A stretch of DNA of 64,000 bases from Phycisphaerales bacterium (GCA_028823105.1 JAPKCC010000001.1:10089-74088); one strand, 5' to 3'; shown: positions 28,279-38,060, numbered from the stretch's first letter. The notes: generated by a model not told the origin, from the letters alone. Numbers and translations are program-made.

Positions 28279-28419
28279 TCAATGAGGAACGATTTCGCCC
28301 CTGCAATCGTCGATCACCGACACGCCCTTGAGGCGGTCGTCGATGTCCGTGATCGCGGCGCGTGTGTCGCTGAAACCGGTCGCACCAGGAGACATTTCGA
28401 TGATCTCAAAGAATTCCAT
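28279..28419 (-). CDS. small acidic hypothetical protein (46 aa)
   Basis: Below the ORF-track cutoff: MEFFEIIEMSPGATGFSDTRAAITDIDDRLKGVSVIDDCRGEIVPH. GC3 is about 70 percent, and GAAAGG lies about 10 nt upstream of the ATG. It sits between the GT2 and BshC-like genes on the same strand. Confidence 0.4.
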   Translation of the reverse strand: MEFFEIIEMSPGATGFSDTRAAITDIDDRLKGVSVIDDCRGEIVPH

Positions 28420-28449
28420 GGGCCGTTGCCTTTCGTGCGACGTGCTTGA

Positions 28450-29214
28450 TCAGGTTGACGAATCGGCGGCCGTGAGGTTCTTTTCCGCGAGTCGCTCGGC
28501 ACACTTGGCGATCTCCCGCTTGAAGGTGCGTCGGTAGACGGCGAGGCGATTCTCTGCGTCGTCGAGCGGTCCCCCGAAGGAACGAGTCGGGTCGTTGTAG
28601 ATCAGGCGGACCGGAAGTTCTTCGATCCGCAGGCCATTCGCGACCGCCTGCACCCAGAACTGCATCGGGAAGTCGTAGCCATTGATATCGAGGTCGAGTC
28701 CGACGACCGCACTCACGCGATACGCCTTGAATCCACAGAAGGCGTCGGTCAGTTCAAGTTCGAGGGTGCGATTAATCTCACTGGTGAGCAGGTGATTGAT
28801 CAGTCGGCGATCCGGCGGAGGTGCATCGACGAGGCTTGCTTCGTCGCGGTACCGACTTCCCGAGACCACATCCACATGATCTTGTGTAATGGCTTCCAGA
28901 AAACACGGAATCGCTGCGGGCTCATGCTGTTCGTCGCAGTCCATGGTGATCAGCCAGTCGAAACCGTCGACCGCCGCCCACCGGAACATGTCCATCATGC
29001 TGCGTCCATACCCACGGTTGGTGGCGTGGCGGATCACCTCGACGGGATGCTTCGAGAGCAGCATCGGCGTTCGGTCGGTCGAGCCGTCGTCGATGACCAA
29101 GATGTCATCGATCCGCTTCCGGACTTCGGTCAGCACGTTGTCGACGTAGCGTTCCTCGTTGTAGACGGGGATGGCGAGGAGCACGCGTGGTTCTGGTGAC
29201 TTGCATTGGATCAT
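28450..29214 (-). CDS. glycosyltransferase family 2 (polyprenol-phosphate / DPM1-like type, soluble)
   Basis: LLAIPVYNEERYV, VIDDGSTDRT, NRGYGRS and ITMDCDEQHEP (DxD/ED motifs). The start is taken at MIQCKSPEPRV; the maximal ORF to 29562 is Arg-rich and implausible. Confidence 0.88.
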   Translation of the reverse strand: MIQCKSPEPRVLLAIPVYNEERYVDNVLTEVRKRIDDILVIDDGSTDRTPMLLSKHPVEVIRHATNRGYGRSMMDMFRWAAVDGFDWLITMDCDEQHEPAAIPCFLEAITQDHVDVVSGSRYRDEASLVDAPPPDRRLINHLLTSEINRTLELELTDAFCGFKAYRVSAVVGLDLDINGYDFPMQFWVQAVANGLRIEELPVRLIYNDPTRSFGGPLDDAENRLAVYRRTFKREIAKCAERLAEKNLTAADSST

Positions 29215-29309
29215 CGAAGGCAATTCTCTTTCAACATGGTCCGGGAGTCGAGCGTGGCGACTCACCATAGGGTGAACGGAACAGAGTTGGCAGCCGCGAC
29301 CGGCTTCGT

Positions 29310-30866
29310 TCAATCGTCGAGCTGGATGCCTTTTCGGGCGTACATCTCGCGGATCTTCGTGGGATCCATGCGTGTCCAGCGGATACCGCCTGCGGCGGCA
29401 TCGGTAGGGGCGACGCGGACATCGACGATCCCATCGGGGCCGACCTCGTGGACGGCCTGCCGGGCGTCTTCGAAGGCCCGGCTCTGCAACTTCCATCGTC
29501 CCTTCTCGTCGACGCTCCATTCTTCCAGTCGCCGCGTGACGCTCTTGCGGTCGTCGTTCCACGCGTAGATACCGAATTCACAGGCTGGGGCATCGATGAC
29601 GTCAAGGAGGGTGGGGAGGAGTAGCCGTTCGGCTTCGGAGAGATAGAGCGTGAGATCCATCGGCACATCGAGTCGGACGATTTGTCGATCGAAGGTGTTC
29701 CTCGATTGTTCGAGAACCTCCAACCAGCGTCGCGGTTTCGCCGCCGTCGGGCGAGGACGAAAGCCAGTGATTGATTCCGAGACCGTCTCCTTCACGTTCT
29801 TCTGCCGGGCGGTGAGAAGCATGGTCCAGGTTTCTTCTTCGCGATCCCACGAGAGCCAGGCTCGATGGTCAATGTCGACCACCGGCCCGTTCTTGGTCCG
29901 GGGTATTTGCCGCATGCGGATCCGGACCAGCAGGCCGGTATCGCTGCCGGATCGTGATTTCGGAGTCAGATCTCGAATGCCTTCCTGGCCCGTCTCGTGC
30001 ACTGATACGCCGGCATATCCAAATTCAATGTCCCGGCCTTCGGCATCAAATGCATGCATGCGATACCAGATTTCCTCCGGCATTCTCTCGAGCAGAGTCC
30101 GCAAGGCCGTCTCGTCTACTCGACGCAGGATGTCGGCGCCGCGTTCCTGTTTGACCATCGCCTGATCGGCGATCTCGAATTCGTCGCTGATCGTCAGGGA
30201 TTCGAGCATCGAGTCAAAGATCGGACCGCTCCATCGATCCTTGTCTCCAAGGCATTCAATCTGTAGAAAACGGTTCGGTCCGGTCTGCACGAAGTACCAG
30301 TCGTACCGAGCGACTCGACCGGAGGAGTGGGGGTATTCAGCGGTGGCGAGCGACGCGGGGAGTTCCGCCACCGTGCTATTCAGAACCTGACTGACAAAGG
30401 TCATCTCAGGGTTGACTCGATTCGAGTCCGCGATGAACGCGGCGAGCAGAGTCTCTGGCGTGGGTGTGGTGGAGGTGCCGAATTCTCCGGTCTTGAGTGG
30501 GGGTTGTTTCAGAATGCGGATGGTGGTCGCCCACCTTGGTGGTTGCTCTTCCGCATCGAGAATTCGGAGCACGGAACCGTCACCAAGGCTGGTATGGGTG
30601 GCTCGGCTTCCTGAAGGCAGGAGGAGCCGGCAGCCAAGGACGTGGGATCGAATCTCCTTCCGGTCCTCCGGAAGAGCAGCACCCCCTGGTGCCCAACCCT
30701 CGATCTTTGAGTCCTGAGCAGGTTTTATTGGGGTTATCGGGCTTGAGTCCTGTCGCATTGCCGGGCTGGGAATGGCCGGGCCGGAAGCGGCGGAAGCGTC
30801 GATGGATCCGAGCCCTACCGTGGCACCAAGCGTCGCCCAGATGCACGAGGCCCGAATCAAGGACAT
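29310..30866 (-). CDS. hypothetical secreted protein
   Basis: Maximal ORF 29310-30932 (540 aa). The likely start [27 protein letters not shown] looks like a signal peptide. No family recognised. Confidence 0.7.
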   Translation of the reverse strand: MSLIRASCIWATLGATVGLGSIDASAASGPAIPSPAMRQDSSPITPIKPAQDSKIEGWAPGGAALPEDRKEIRSHVLGCRLLLPSGSRATHTSLGDGSVLRILDAEEQPPRWATTIRILKQPPLKTGEFGTSTTPTPETLLAAFIADSNRVNPEMTFVSQVLNSTVAELPASLATAEYPHSSGRVARYDWYFVQTGPNRFLQIECLGDKDRWSGPIFDSMLESLTISDEFEIADQAMVKQERGADILRRVDETALRTLLERMPEEIWYRMHAFDAEGRDIEFGYAGVSVHETGQEGIRDLTPKSRSGSDTGLLVRIRMRQIPRTKNGPVVDIDHRAWLSWDREEETWTMLLTARQKNVKETVSESITGFRPRPTAAKPRRWLEVLEQSRNTFDRQIVRLDVPMDLTLYLSEAERLLLPTLLDVIDAPACEFGIYAWNDDRKSVTRRLEEWSVDEKGRWKLQSRAFEDARQAVHEVGPDGIVDVRVAPTDAAAGGIRWTRMDPTKIREMYARKGIQLDD

Positions 30867-31078
30867 GGGTGCCGAGGGGCATCCTTGGAGGCGGGTCATC
30901 AATGGAAGGCTCCGAGAGGGAAACCGGGCCAAGGGCGATCAAAGCCCTTTTCAAGCCTGGAACCCAAGGATTGTACGCTCCATCCATGGCCCCCGGTGCG
31001 GTGATGTTGACCCGACAACCTCTGGCAATGCTGGAGATGAAGTACGCAAGTTGGTACGTCGTGAACTTTGTCGAGAGG

Positions 31079-31107
31079 TTGACAAGAGTGGCGAAATCTG
31101 TACTATT
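31079..31107 (+). promoter_or_regulatory. candidate sigma-70 promoter of the S10 operon
   Basis: TTGACA (31079-31084), a 16-nt spacer, then TACTAT (31101-31106), about 160 nt upstream of the rpsJ ATG and followed by a lower-GC leader. Confidence 0.45.
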
Positions 31108-31263
31108 CGCCGTTCGCGCCTGAATTGGCACGAGTTCCGTTTTTCGTTCGTGACGCGTCTTTTAGTCGCGGATCAGAAACGGTGTGAATGTTCCCACGCG
31201 TTGTTTTTTAAAGATTCACGCGTACTCAAGTTCGAACCAACTCTTTGGATCGGTAGACGGCAT

Positions 31264-31572
31264 ATGAGCGGCGGTAAGATTAGAATCCGAATGGAAGCCT
31301 ACGACCACCAGGCGCTCGATGCGTCTGCCACTGAAATCGTGGAGCACGCGAAGCGAACCGGCGCCCGAGTGGCAGGACCGGTTCCACTGCCGACCCGTCG
31401 TGAGGTCTATACCGTCAACCGTTCGCCGTTCGTGAACAAGAAGTCCCGCGAGCAGTTCGAGATTCGCACGCACAAGCGGATCATCGACATCACGGAACCC
31501 AACCCCCGCACCGTCGAGGCCCTGAACCGCCTCGTGGTTCCTGCGGGCGTCTTCGTGAAGATCAAGGCCTGA
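31264..31572 (+). CDS. rpsJ: 30S ribosomal protein S10
   Basis: [44 protein letters not shown]. Confidence 0.97.
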   Translation: MSGGKIRIRMEAYDHQALDASATEIVEHAKRTGARVAGPVPLPTRREVYTVNRSPFVNKKSREQFEIRTHKRIIDITEPNPRTVEALNRLVVPAGVFVKIKA

Positions 31573-31699
31573 TGACCGACCAGTGAGTGACGGCCGTCCA
31601 ACCGGACGACGTGTCTCTTCATGAACTATCCCGCCAAGTCCTTTGGACCTCTGGTGATGAACCGAGCCCGTCAACACGGGACATTGCAGGAGATCGCCG

Positions 31700-32386
31700 A
31701 TGTCAGCAGCAATCATGGGACGCAAGGTGGGCATGACCCGCTGGTTCCTCGAAGACGGGACCAACATCCCCGTCACCATCGTCGAAGCCGGTCCTTGCAT
31801 CGTCACGCAGGTGAAGACCGTTGAATCCGACGGCTACGCCGCGGTCCAGTTCGGTTTCTCCGACGCCAAGGCTCGCCGTACCGCAATGGCTCAGATCGGT
31901 CATGACGCCAAGGCTGGCACCACCTCAAAGCGGATTCATCGCGAGTTCCGCTGTGAAGGTGATGACGAAGCCAATGGCTTCGAGTCCGGCCAGGTCCTCG
32001 ACGTCTCGGTGTTTGAAGGCGTGAAGTACGTCGACGTCACCGGCATCAGCAAGGGCAAGGGCTTCCAAGGCGTCATGAAGCGTCACAACTTCCGCGGCAA
32101 AGAAGCTTCGCATGGTGTCAAGCGAGCTCATCGTCGCCCCGGTTCGATCGGTGGCCACGCCACCAACCTCGGTACCGGCCCGAAGATCAAAAAGGGTAAG
32201 AAAATGGCGGGACGCATGGGCGGCGAACAGGTCACTGTTCGAAGCCTCGACGTCATCCACGCCGACCCTGCGAAGAATCTCTTGGTCGTGAAGGGCCCGG
32301 TTCCGGGACCCAACGGCTGTGATCTGTACGTGAAGCCGGCGGTCCGGCTTTACAAGTCCAAGGCCCACAAGCAGGCCAAGGCGTGA
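31700..32386 (+). CDS. rplC: 50S ribosomal protein L3
   Basis: IMGRKVGMTRWFLEDGTNIPVTIVEAGPC and FQGVMKRHNF. Confidence 0.97.
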   Translation: MSAAIMGRKVGMTRWFLEDGTNIPVTIVEAGPCIVTQVKTVESDGYAAVQFGFSDAKARRTAMAQIGHDAKAGTTSKRIHREFRCEGDDEANGFESGQVLDVSVFEGVKYVDVTGISKGKGFQGVMKRHNFRGKEASHGVKRAHRRPGSIGGHATNLGTGPKIKKGKKMAGRMGGEQVTVRSLDVIHADPAKNLLVVKGPVPGPNGCDLYVKPAVRLYKSKAHKQAKA

Positions 32387-32567
32387 ACCAAGCGGTCGGG
32401 TAACCTACCCGACCGGATTCGAAAGGCCGTCTGCGTCATTGGGCGCCCGGAACCACCGAATCAAGACAATTGTGATGGACCCGAGTCGACCCCTACCCGT
32501 CGTCATTCAATGACAGACGACCGGAGGGCAAGGCGAATGCCGGTAACAAGCCGGCTTCTAGGAACCG

Positions 32568-33284
32568 ATGATGACCGAAGTCGAAACCATTTCGAATATT
32601 GACTTGCCGATCCTTGACAAGTCCGGCAAGCAGGTCGACACGCTGCAGATCGACCCCGCCCTCCTCGGCGGCGAGATTCGATTCTCCCTGCTCAAGCAGG
32701 CCTACGTGACCACTCATGGCAACCAGCGGCAGGGCTCCGCCCGGACCAAAAGCCGTGGCATGGTTCGTGGCTCGACCCGAAAGATCTACAAGCAGAAGGG
32801 CACCGGCAATGCTCGGGCAGGTGCCTCCCGGACGGTCATCCGCAAGGGTGGTGGCGTCGCTTTCGCGAAGACCCGCACCCGCGAGGATTTTCGTACCAAG
32901 ATGACGAAGAAGATGCGGCGTCTTGCGAATCGCAACGCGTTGCTCGCCAAGCTCGTTGACGGCGAGGTCAAGTGCCTCACGGACCTTGGCATGGATGCTC
33001 CCAGAACCCGGGACATGACTGCACTGCTCGGTGCCATTGGTATCGATCGCACGTGCCTGATCGCCCTGGACACCGGCAATCGGCACGCGGCCTTGTCGGC
33101 GAGAAACATTGAGAACGTGGACACCATCCGGGTGGCCCAGCTCAATGCGTTCGAATTGCTCAATCACCGCTACCTCGTGATCGACCGGGCGTCGCTTGAG
33201 TCGTTCCTCGACAGCTCATGCTTCCCCGCGACCGAAGATGCGACCGAAGATACCACCGAAGATGCCACCAAGGAGGTCGCCTGA
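32568..33284 (+). CDS. rplD: 50S ribosomal protein L4 with an acidic C-terminal repeat tail
   Basis: KQKGTGNARAGASRTVIRKGGGVAF. The tail ATEDATEDTTEDATKEVA is encoded by 3 x 12-bp repeats (33230-33265). Confidence 0.96.
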   Translation: MMTEVETISNIDLPILDKSGKQVDTLQIDPALLGGEIRFSLLKQAYVTTHGNQRQGSARTKSRGMVRGSTRKIYKQKGTGNARAGASRTVIRKGGGVAFAKTRTREDFRTKMTKKMRRLANRNALLAKLVDGEVKCLTDLGMDAPRTRDMTALLGAIGIDRTCLIALDTGNRHAALSARNIENVDTIRVAQLNAFELLNHRYLVIDRASLESFLDSSCFPATEDATEDTTEDATKEVA

Positions 33285-33285
33285 T

Positions 33286-33564
33286 ATGAACTCCACCGAC
33301 GTCATCCGCCGTCCGTTGATCACCGAAAAGGCGACCATCGACAGTGCAGAAAACAACCGCTACGCCTTCGAGGTCGATCGTCGTGCCACGAAGGACATGG
33401 TCCGTAAAGCAATCGAAGACCTTTACAAGGTTCGCGTCCGCTCGGTCGCAACCCAGAACCGCAAGGGTGAGACGCGTCGTCTGAAGTACGGACGAGTGAC
33501 CTCGGCCGCGATCAAGCGGGCGATCGTCAAGCTTCATCCCGAGGACCACATCGACCTGATCTGA
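33286..33564 (+). CDS. rplW: 50S ribosomal protein L23
   Basis: MNSTDVIRRPLITEKATIDSAENNRYAFEVDRRATK. Confidence 0.96.
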   Translation: MNSTDVIRRPLITEKATIDSAENNRYAFEVDRRATKDMVRKAIEDLYKVRVRSVATQNRKGETRRLKYGRVTSAAIKRAIVKLHPEDHIDLI

Positions 33565-33662
33565 CCGACCTGATCTGACTGACCTGACCTGACCTGACCT
33601 TTACGCTCCAGGGTCGTCGATCCAAACGGATCGAAGCCGACCAGAGAACGGATTCAATACCA

Positions 33663-34517
33663 ATGGCCATTCGAGTCTACAAGCCAACTACTCCCGGACG
33701 ACGGAACGCGTCGGTCAACCTCCATGTCGAGGTGACCAAGAAGACGCCCGAGAAGTCACTTCTCGCACCGCTCCATAAGACGGGTGCCCGGAATAACCAG
33801 GGCAAGATCACCGTCCTCGGCCGAGGTGGTGGTCACAAACGTCGATACCGCAAGATGGATTTCAAGCGTCGCAAGGACAACATGGCGGCGACCGTGATCG
33901 GCATCGAGTACGACCCGAACCGCTCTTGTCACATCGCGTTGCTCAAGTATGAAGACGGAACCCTTCGGTACATCCCGGCTCCCAAGGCCGTGACGGACGG
34001 CGCCGTGTTGATGTCGAGCGACTCGGCGATTGAGCCCGCCCCCGGCAACTGCATGCCGCTCAAGTTCATTCCCACCGGCCTCACCGTGCACGCCCTCGAG
34101 TTGCAGCCCGGTGGCGGTGGCAAGCTATGCCGTGCAGCCGGCGTTGGTGCCCGGCTCACCAATAAGGAAGGTCGATGGGCGACCATCGTGATGCCTTCCG
34201 GCGAAATCCGACAGGTTTCCGTCGATTGTCGCGCCACCATCGGCGTCCTGGGCAACCCCGATCACGGCAACGTCGTGCTCGGTAAGGCGGGCCGTGCTCG
34301 CTGGCTCGGACGACGACCCCGCGTGCGTGGTGTGGCGATGAGTCATCACTGCCATCCGCATGGCGGTGGCGACGGCAAGTCCAAGGGTGGCCAGGAGCCG
34401 TCCAACGCCGCAGGCACGCAGTCCAAGGGTGGACGAACGCGTGGTCGCGGCAAGTCCAGCGATTCTCGAATCATCCGTCGTCGCAAGTCGCGGCGTTACG
34501 GACAGTTGAAAGTCTGA
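33663..34517 (+). CDS. rplB: 50S ribosomal protein L2
   Basis: MAIRVYKPTTPGRRN and GVAMSHHCHPHGGGDGKS. Confidence 0.98.
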   Translation: MAIRVYKPTTPGRRNASVNLHVEVTKKTPEKSLLAPLHKTGARNNQGKITVLGRGGGHKRRYRKMDFKRRKDNMAATVIGIEYDPNRSCHIALLKYEDGTLRYIPAPKAVTDGAVLMSSDSAIEPAPGNCMPLKFIPTGLTVHALELQPGGGGKLCRAAGVGARLTNKEGRWATIVMPSGEIRQVSVDCRATIGVLGNPDHGNVVLGKAGRARWLGRRPRVRGVAMSHHCHPHGGGDGKSKGGQEPSNAAGTQSKGGRTRGRGKSSDSRIIRRRKSRRYGQLKV

Positions 34518-34599
34518 CCGGCTCACGTCGGTTCCGTTCCGATCGTTTTCCTTCGTTTTCTTCGCCGCCTGATGCGGTTTACGACTCCGAGAAGCACAC

Positions 34600-34884
34600 A
34601 TGTCTAGGTCGCTCAAAAAGGGTCCATACGTCGACGAGAAGCTCTTCCGCAAGGTGGAGATTCAGCAGGCCGATACCGGTAACCGCCGCCCGATCCGCAC
34701 GTGGGCGCGTGATTGCACCATCGTTCCGGAATTCATCGGTGTGACGTTTGAGGTTCACAATGGTCGTGCCTTCACCGAGGTGTACTGCACCGAGGACATG
34801 GTCGGTCACAAGCTTGGTGAGTTCAGTCCGACCCGTCTCTTCCGTGGCCACACGAACAAGAAGGAAGGCATCAAGTCTCGCTGA
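34600..34884 (+). CDS. rpsS: 30S ribosomal protein S19
   Basis: [15 protein letters not shown] and [16 protein letters not shown]. Confidence 0.98.
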   Translation: MSRSLKKGPYVDEKLFRKVEIQQADTGNRRPIRTWARDCTIVPEFIGVTFEVHNGRAFTEVYCTEDMVGHKLGEFSPTRLFRGHTNKKEGIKSR

Positions 34885-34915
34885 CTTCGGTCACCTGACC
34901 TGACAAGACACAGTC

Positions 34916-35254
34916 ATGGCATACAAAGCCTCCCATCAATTCGCCCGCATCGCCCCTCGGAAGGCCAGGCTCGTCTCCGACATGGTCCGCGGACTTCCAG
35001 TAGACGACGCATTGACCGCGCTCGAATTCAGCAAGAAGCGGGGCGCCTGGTACATCAAGGCCGTCCTGAAGAGCGCCATCGCCAGCGCCGAGGAGGCCGA
35101 CGCCGACCTCGCGAACCTCGTGGTGAGCCGCACTTGGGTCGACGAAGGCCCGACCATCAAACGATTCCAGCCCAAGGACAGAGGTCGGGCCCACCCGATC
35201 AACAAACGAACCAGTCACCTTCATGTGGAAATTGCTGAATCAGCCGAAGGTTGA
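34916..35254 (+). CDS. rplV: 50S ribosomal protein L22
   Basis: ARIAPRKARLVSDMVRGLPVDDALTALEFS. Confidence 0.97.
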   Translation: MAYKASHQFARIAPRKARLVSDMVRGLPVDDALTALEFSKKRGAWYIKAVLKSAIASAEEADADLANLVVSRTWVDEGPTIKRFQPKDRGRAHPINKRTSHLHVEIAESAEG

Positions 35255-35326
35255 TTCCTCTTCTTCCGAGTTCACGATCGATCGATTCATCCCGTCATCG
35301 TCATTGATGCCGGCCCCGAGAACGAC

Positions 35327-36034
35327 ATGGGACAGAAAACACATCCATTCGGATTCCGCGTGGGAATCACCGAGACGCACAAGTCAAGGTGGTTCGCACC
35401 CAAAGCCCTCTTTGGCGAACTGCTCGTCGAGGACTATCGAATCCGGAAGTTCGTCGATAAGCGACTGAACCGAACCCCACCCTTTGCGGCGGTGTCCGAC
35501 ATCTTCCTCGAGCGAACCCGCGAGGAATTGACGGTCATCATCCGAACCGCCCGACCCGGTCAGGTGGTCGGCCAGAAGGGCAGCGAGGTCGAGAGCCTCA
35601 CGCGTGATCTTCAGGCGATGACCGGTCGCAAGGTGGTCATCAAGATCATCGAGATCAAGAACCCCGAGATCGACGCGACTCTGATTGCGGAAACCGTCTC
35701 GGAGCAGATGAAGAAGCGATCGAACTTCCGTCGATCGCTGAAGCAGCGATGTGAGTCCGCGATGCAGAACGGTGCCAAGGGCATTCGCGTCCAGGTCTCC
35801 GGTCGTCTGGGTGGAGCTGAGATGAGCCGTCGATTCGACGTTCGCCTCGGATCGATCCCGTTGTCGACGTTGCAGGCGAATGTGGATTACGCCCTTGCCG
35901 AGAGCAAGACCACCTACGGCATCATTGGTGTCAAGGTCTGGGTCTACAAGGGAATGTTCGGTGATCACGAGGACGACAACAGCGTCCAGACATCCGCCGC
36001 CGGCGGACGAGCTCGGGCCCGTGGTCGTCGTTGA
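35327..36034 (+). CDS. rpsC: 30S ribosomal protein S3
   Basis: MGQKTHPFGFRVGITETHKSRWFA and a KH domain. Confidence 0.98.
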   Translation: MGQKTHPFGFRVGITETHKSRWFAPKALFGELLVEDYRIRKFVDKRLNRTPPFAAVSDIFLERTREELTVIIRTARPGQVVGQKGSEVESLTRDLQAMTGRKVVIKIIEIKNPEIDATLIAETVSEQMKKRSNFRRSLKQRCESAMQNGAKGIRVQVSGRLGGAEMSRRFDVRLGSIPLSTLQANVDYALAESKTTYGIIGVKVWVYKGMFGDHEDDNSVQTSAAGGRARARGRR

Positions 36035-36087
36035 TCGTTTGAAGTCAGGAACAGCGAGGGCCATGTGGCCCGCAGGAGTGAACCGTT

Positions 36088-36507
36088 ATGCCGATGTTGC
36101 CTAAGAGAACCAAGTTCAGGAAGCAGCAGCGTGGAAGCCTTCGAGGCAACGCTACTCGCGGCAACTACGTCGCGTTTGGAGACTTCGGTCTCCAGTCGCT
36201 GGAAGCACACTGGCTCACCGCCAGGCAGATCGAGGCCGGTCGAGTCGCGGCGCAGCATTTTCTTCGACGGCAGGGAAAGATCTACATTCGGGTCTTCCCG
36301 GACAAGCCCGTCTCGAAGAAGCCGCTTGAGACTCGAATGGGTAAGGGAAAGGCGGAGACCGACTACTGGGCCGCTCGAATCAAGCCCGGAACCGTTCTCT
36401 ACGAGATCTCCGGCGTGACTGAAGACATGGCGAAACAGGCGTTTGCCCGTATCGCTCACAAGATGCCCGTCCGATGCCGATTCGTCGGCCGACGACTGGC
36501 CGTATGA
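36088..36507 (+). CDS. rplP: 50S ribosomal protein L16
   Basis: MPMLPKRTKFRKQQRGSLRG and ETRMGKGKAETDYWAARIKPG. Confidence 0.98.
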   Translation: MPMLPKRTKFRKQQRGSLRGNATRGNYVAFGDFGLQSLEAHWLTARQIEAGRVAAQHFLRRQGKIYIRVFPDKPVSKKPLETRMGKGKAETDYWAARIKPGTVLYEISGVTEDMAKQAFARIAHKMPVRCRFVGRRLAV

Positions 36508-36583
36508 CCCCTATGGCGACGCCGACGTCGCTGATCCGAATCGAAGGCATCGTCAAAGATGCCACATCATCAGGAACCGTGTG

Positions 36584-36787
36584 ATGACCCCCAAGGAAGT
36601 CCGAAAATTGAACGACGAAGAGATCGGGGTGGAGATGGATCGTCTTCGCCGACGTCACTTCGAACTCCGAAACCAGTCGGTCACCGAAAAGATCGAGGAT
36701 TTCTCGCAATTTGCGAAGATCAAGAAGGACATCGCCCGTCTGATGACGGAACAAAAGGCCCGAGCGGCTGCAGAAGCGACCGCCTGA
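36584..36787 (+). CDS. rpmC: 50S ribosomal protein L29
   Basis: MTPKEVRKLNDEEIGVEMDRLRRRHFELRNQ. The start is inside the maximal ORF 36443-36787. Confidence 0.93.
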   Translation: MTPKEVRKLNDEEIGVEMDRLRRRHFELRNQSVTEKIEDFSQFAKIKKDIARLMTEQKARAAAEATA

Positions 36788-36849
36788 ACCCAGCGACCGA
36801 ATGAAAGCCCCAAAGGTTCGGACATCGGTCCGGACGTGGAAACGACCAT

Positions 36850-37134
36850 ATGAGCCACCTCAGTGAAATCAACGTGCCCGAGAAGGCGCCCCGCAGGATC
36901 GGAATCATCGAGAGCGACGCCCGGGATCAAACCCGGAAAGTCGTCATCAAGTATTCCGTGAAGCATCCGAAGTACGGCAAGTACATCCGGCGGCGTTCTG
37001 TCCTCCAAGTGCATGATGCGAAGAACGAGAGTCACCTCGGCGACCGCGTCGAAGTGGCCGAGTGCCGGCCGATCTCGAAGACCAAGTCCTGGGTTCTCAT
37101 CCGGATTATCGAGAAGGCCATCGGGTCCGTCTGA
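36850..37134 (+). CDS. rpsQ: 30S ribosomal protein S17
   Basis: KVVIKYSVKHPKYGKYIRRRSVLQVHDAKNESHLGDRVEVAECRPISKTK. Confidence 0.96.
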   Translation: MSHLSEINVPEKAPRRIGIIESDARDQTRKVVIKYSVKHPKYGKYIRRRSVLQVHDAKNESHLGDRVEVAECRPISKTKSWVLIRIIEKAIGSV

Positions 37135-37243
37135 CCCGTCTAGTTTGAATCGTCAGTGAGTGAGTAGTGCAGTCTCGGAACATTGAAACACCACCGCATC
37201 GGGTTATTGACCCGGTCCGGAATCATGAAGCGGATCCCAAGCG

Positions 37244-37630
37244 ATGATCCAAAAAGAATCAAGACTCGACGTCGCCGACAACAGTGGTGCCAAAGTGATC
37301 ATGGTGATCGGTACGAAGGGTATGTCGACGGCTCGCGGCCGCTTTACACGTCTCAGCGTGGGAGTCGGTGATCGCATCGTCTGTACCGTGAAGAAGGCGC
37401 TCCCCAATGCTGACATCAAGGCCGGTGACATTGTCAACGCGGTCATTGTCCGCACCCGGTACCCGTCCCGTCGGGCGGATGGTACCTACGTTCGGTTCGA
37501 CTCCAATGCCTGTGTGATCGTCGATCCCGACGGGAACCCCAAGGGGACCCGCATCTTCGGGGCGGTCGCTCGAGAGCTTCGTGAGAAGAACTACATGAAG
37601 ATCGTTTCACTCGCGTCGGAGGTCGTCTGA
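37244..37630 (+). CDS. rplN: 50S ribosomal protein L14
   Basis: [17 protein letters not shown] and [25 protein letters not shown]. Confidence 0.98.
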   Translation: MIQKESRLDVADNSGAKVIMVIGTKGMSTARGRFTRLSVGVGDRIVCTVKKALPNADIKAGDIVNAVIVRTRYPSRRADGTYVRFDSNACVIVDPDGNPKGTRIFGAVARELREKNYMKIVSLASEVV

Positions 37631-37632
37631 AC

Positions 37633-37968
37633 ATGGCACGTCACGTAAAGCGGGGTGATCAGGTAATGATCACATCCGGAAACAACAAGGGTAAGGTCGG
37701 CGAGATTCTCTCGATCGATGTCGAAGGCGACCGAGTCGTCGTCGGCGGAGTCAATGTCCGCAAGCGAAACCTGAAGCCGACGCAGCAGCGTCCTCAGGGC
37801 GGCATCATCGAGCAGGAAATGCCGATTCACATCTCGAACGTCAGTCCGGTCGTGGACGGCAAGCCCAGTCGGGTTCGCTTCCAGATCCGGGAGGACGGAA
37901 GCAAGGTCCGAGTCGCGGTTCGAGGAGACAAGGAGCTCCACGTGCTTCGAGGACCCCGGAAGGGCTGA
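37633..37968 (+). CDS. rplX: 50S ribosomal protein L24
   Basis: VKRGDQVMITSGNNKGKVGEIL (KOW motif). Confidence 0.96.
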   Translation: MARHVKRGDQVMITSGNNKGKVGEILSIDVEGDRVVVGGVNVRKRNLKPTQQRPQGGIIEQEMPIHISNVSPVVDGKPSRVRFQIREDGSKVRVAVRGDKELHVLRGPRKG

Positions 37969-38060
37969 GGCCCGATGAACGGATGAAGTGTTGAAACGGC
38001 GGTGCCTTGGGCACCGCGACGAGCATGATCGGCATTCGCCGGTCGGAAGGAATCAGAGTC

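Noticed and set aside
31225-31245. GTTCGAACC T-loop-like motif as a possible tRNA upstream of rpsJ
   Set aside because: No acceptor stem, D-arm or anticodon arm can be built around it. It lies in the S10 leader.
30772-31263. N-terminal extension of S10 (266-aa ORF); likewise 46385-46828 as an extension of L17
   Set aside because: The conserved proteins start at internal ATGs (31264 and 46829). The extensions overlap other genes (the 540-aa gene start and rpoA) or the promoter/leader region, and they have junk-like composition.
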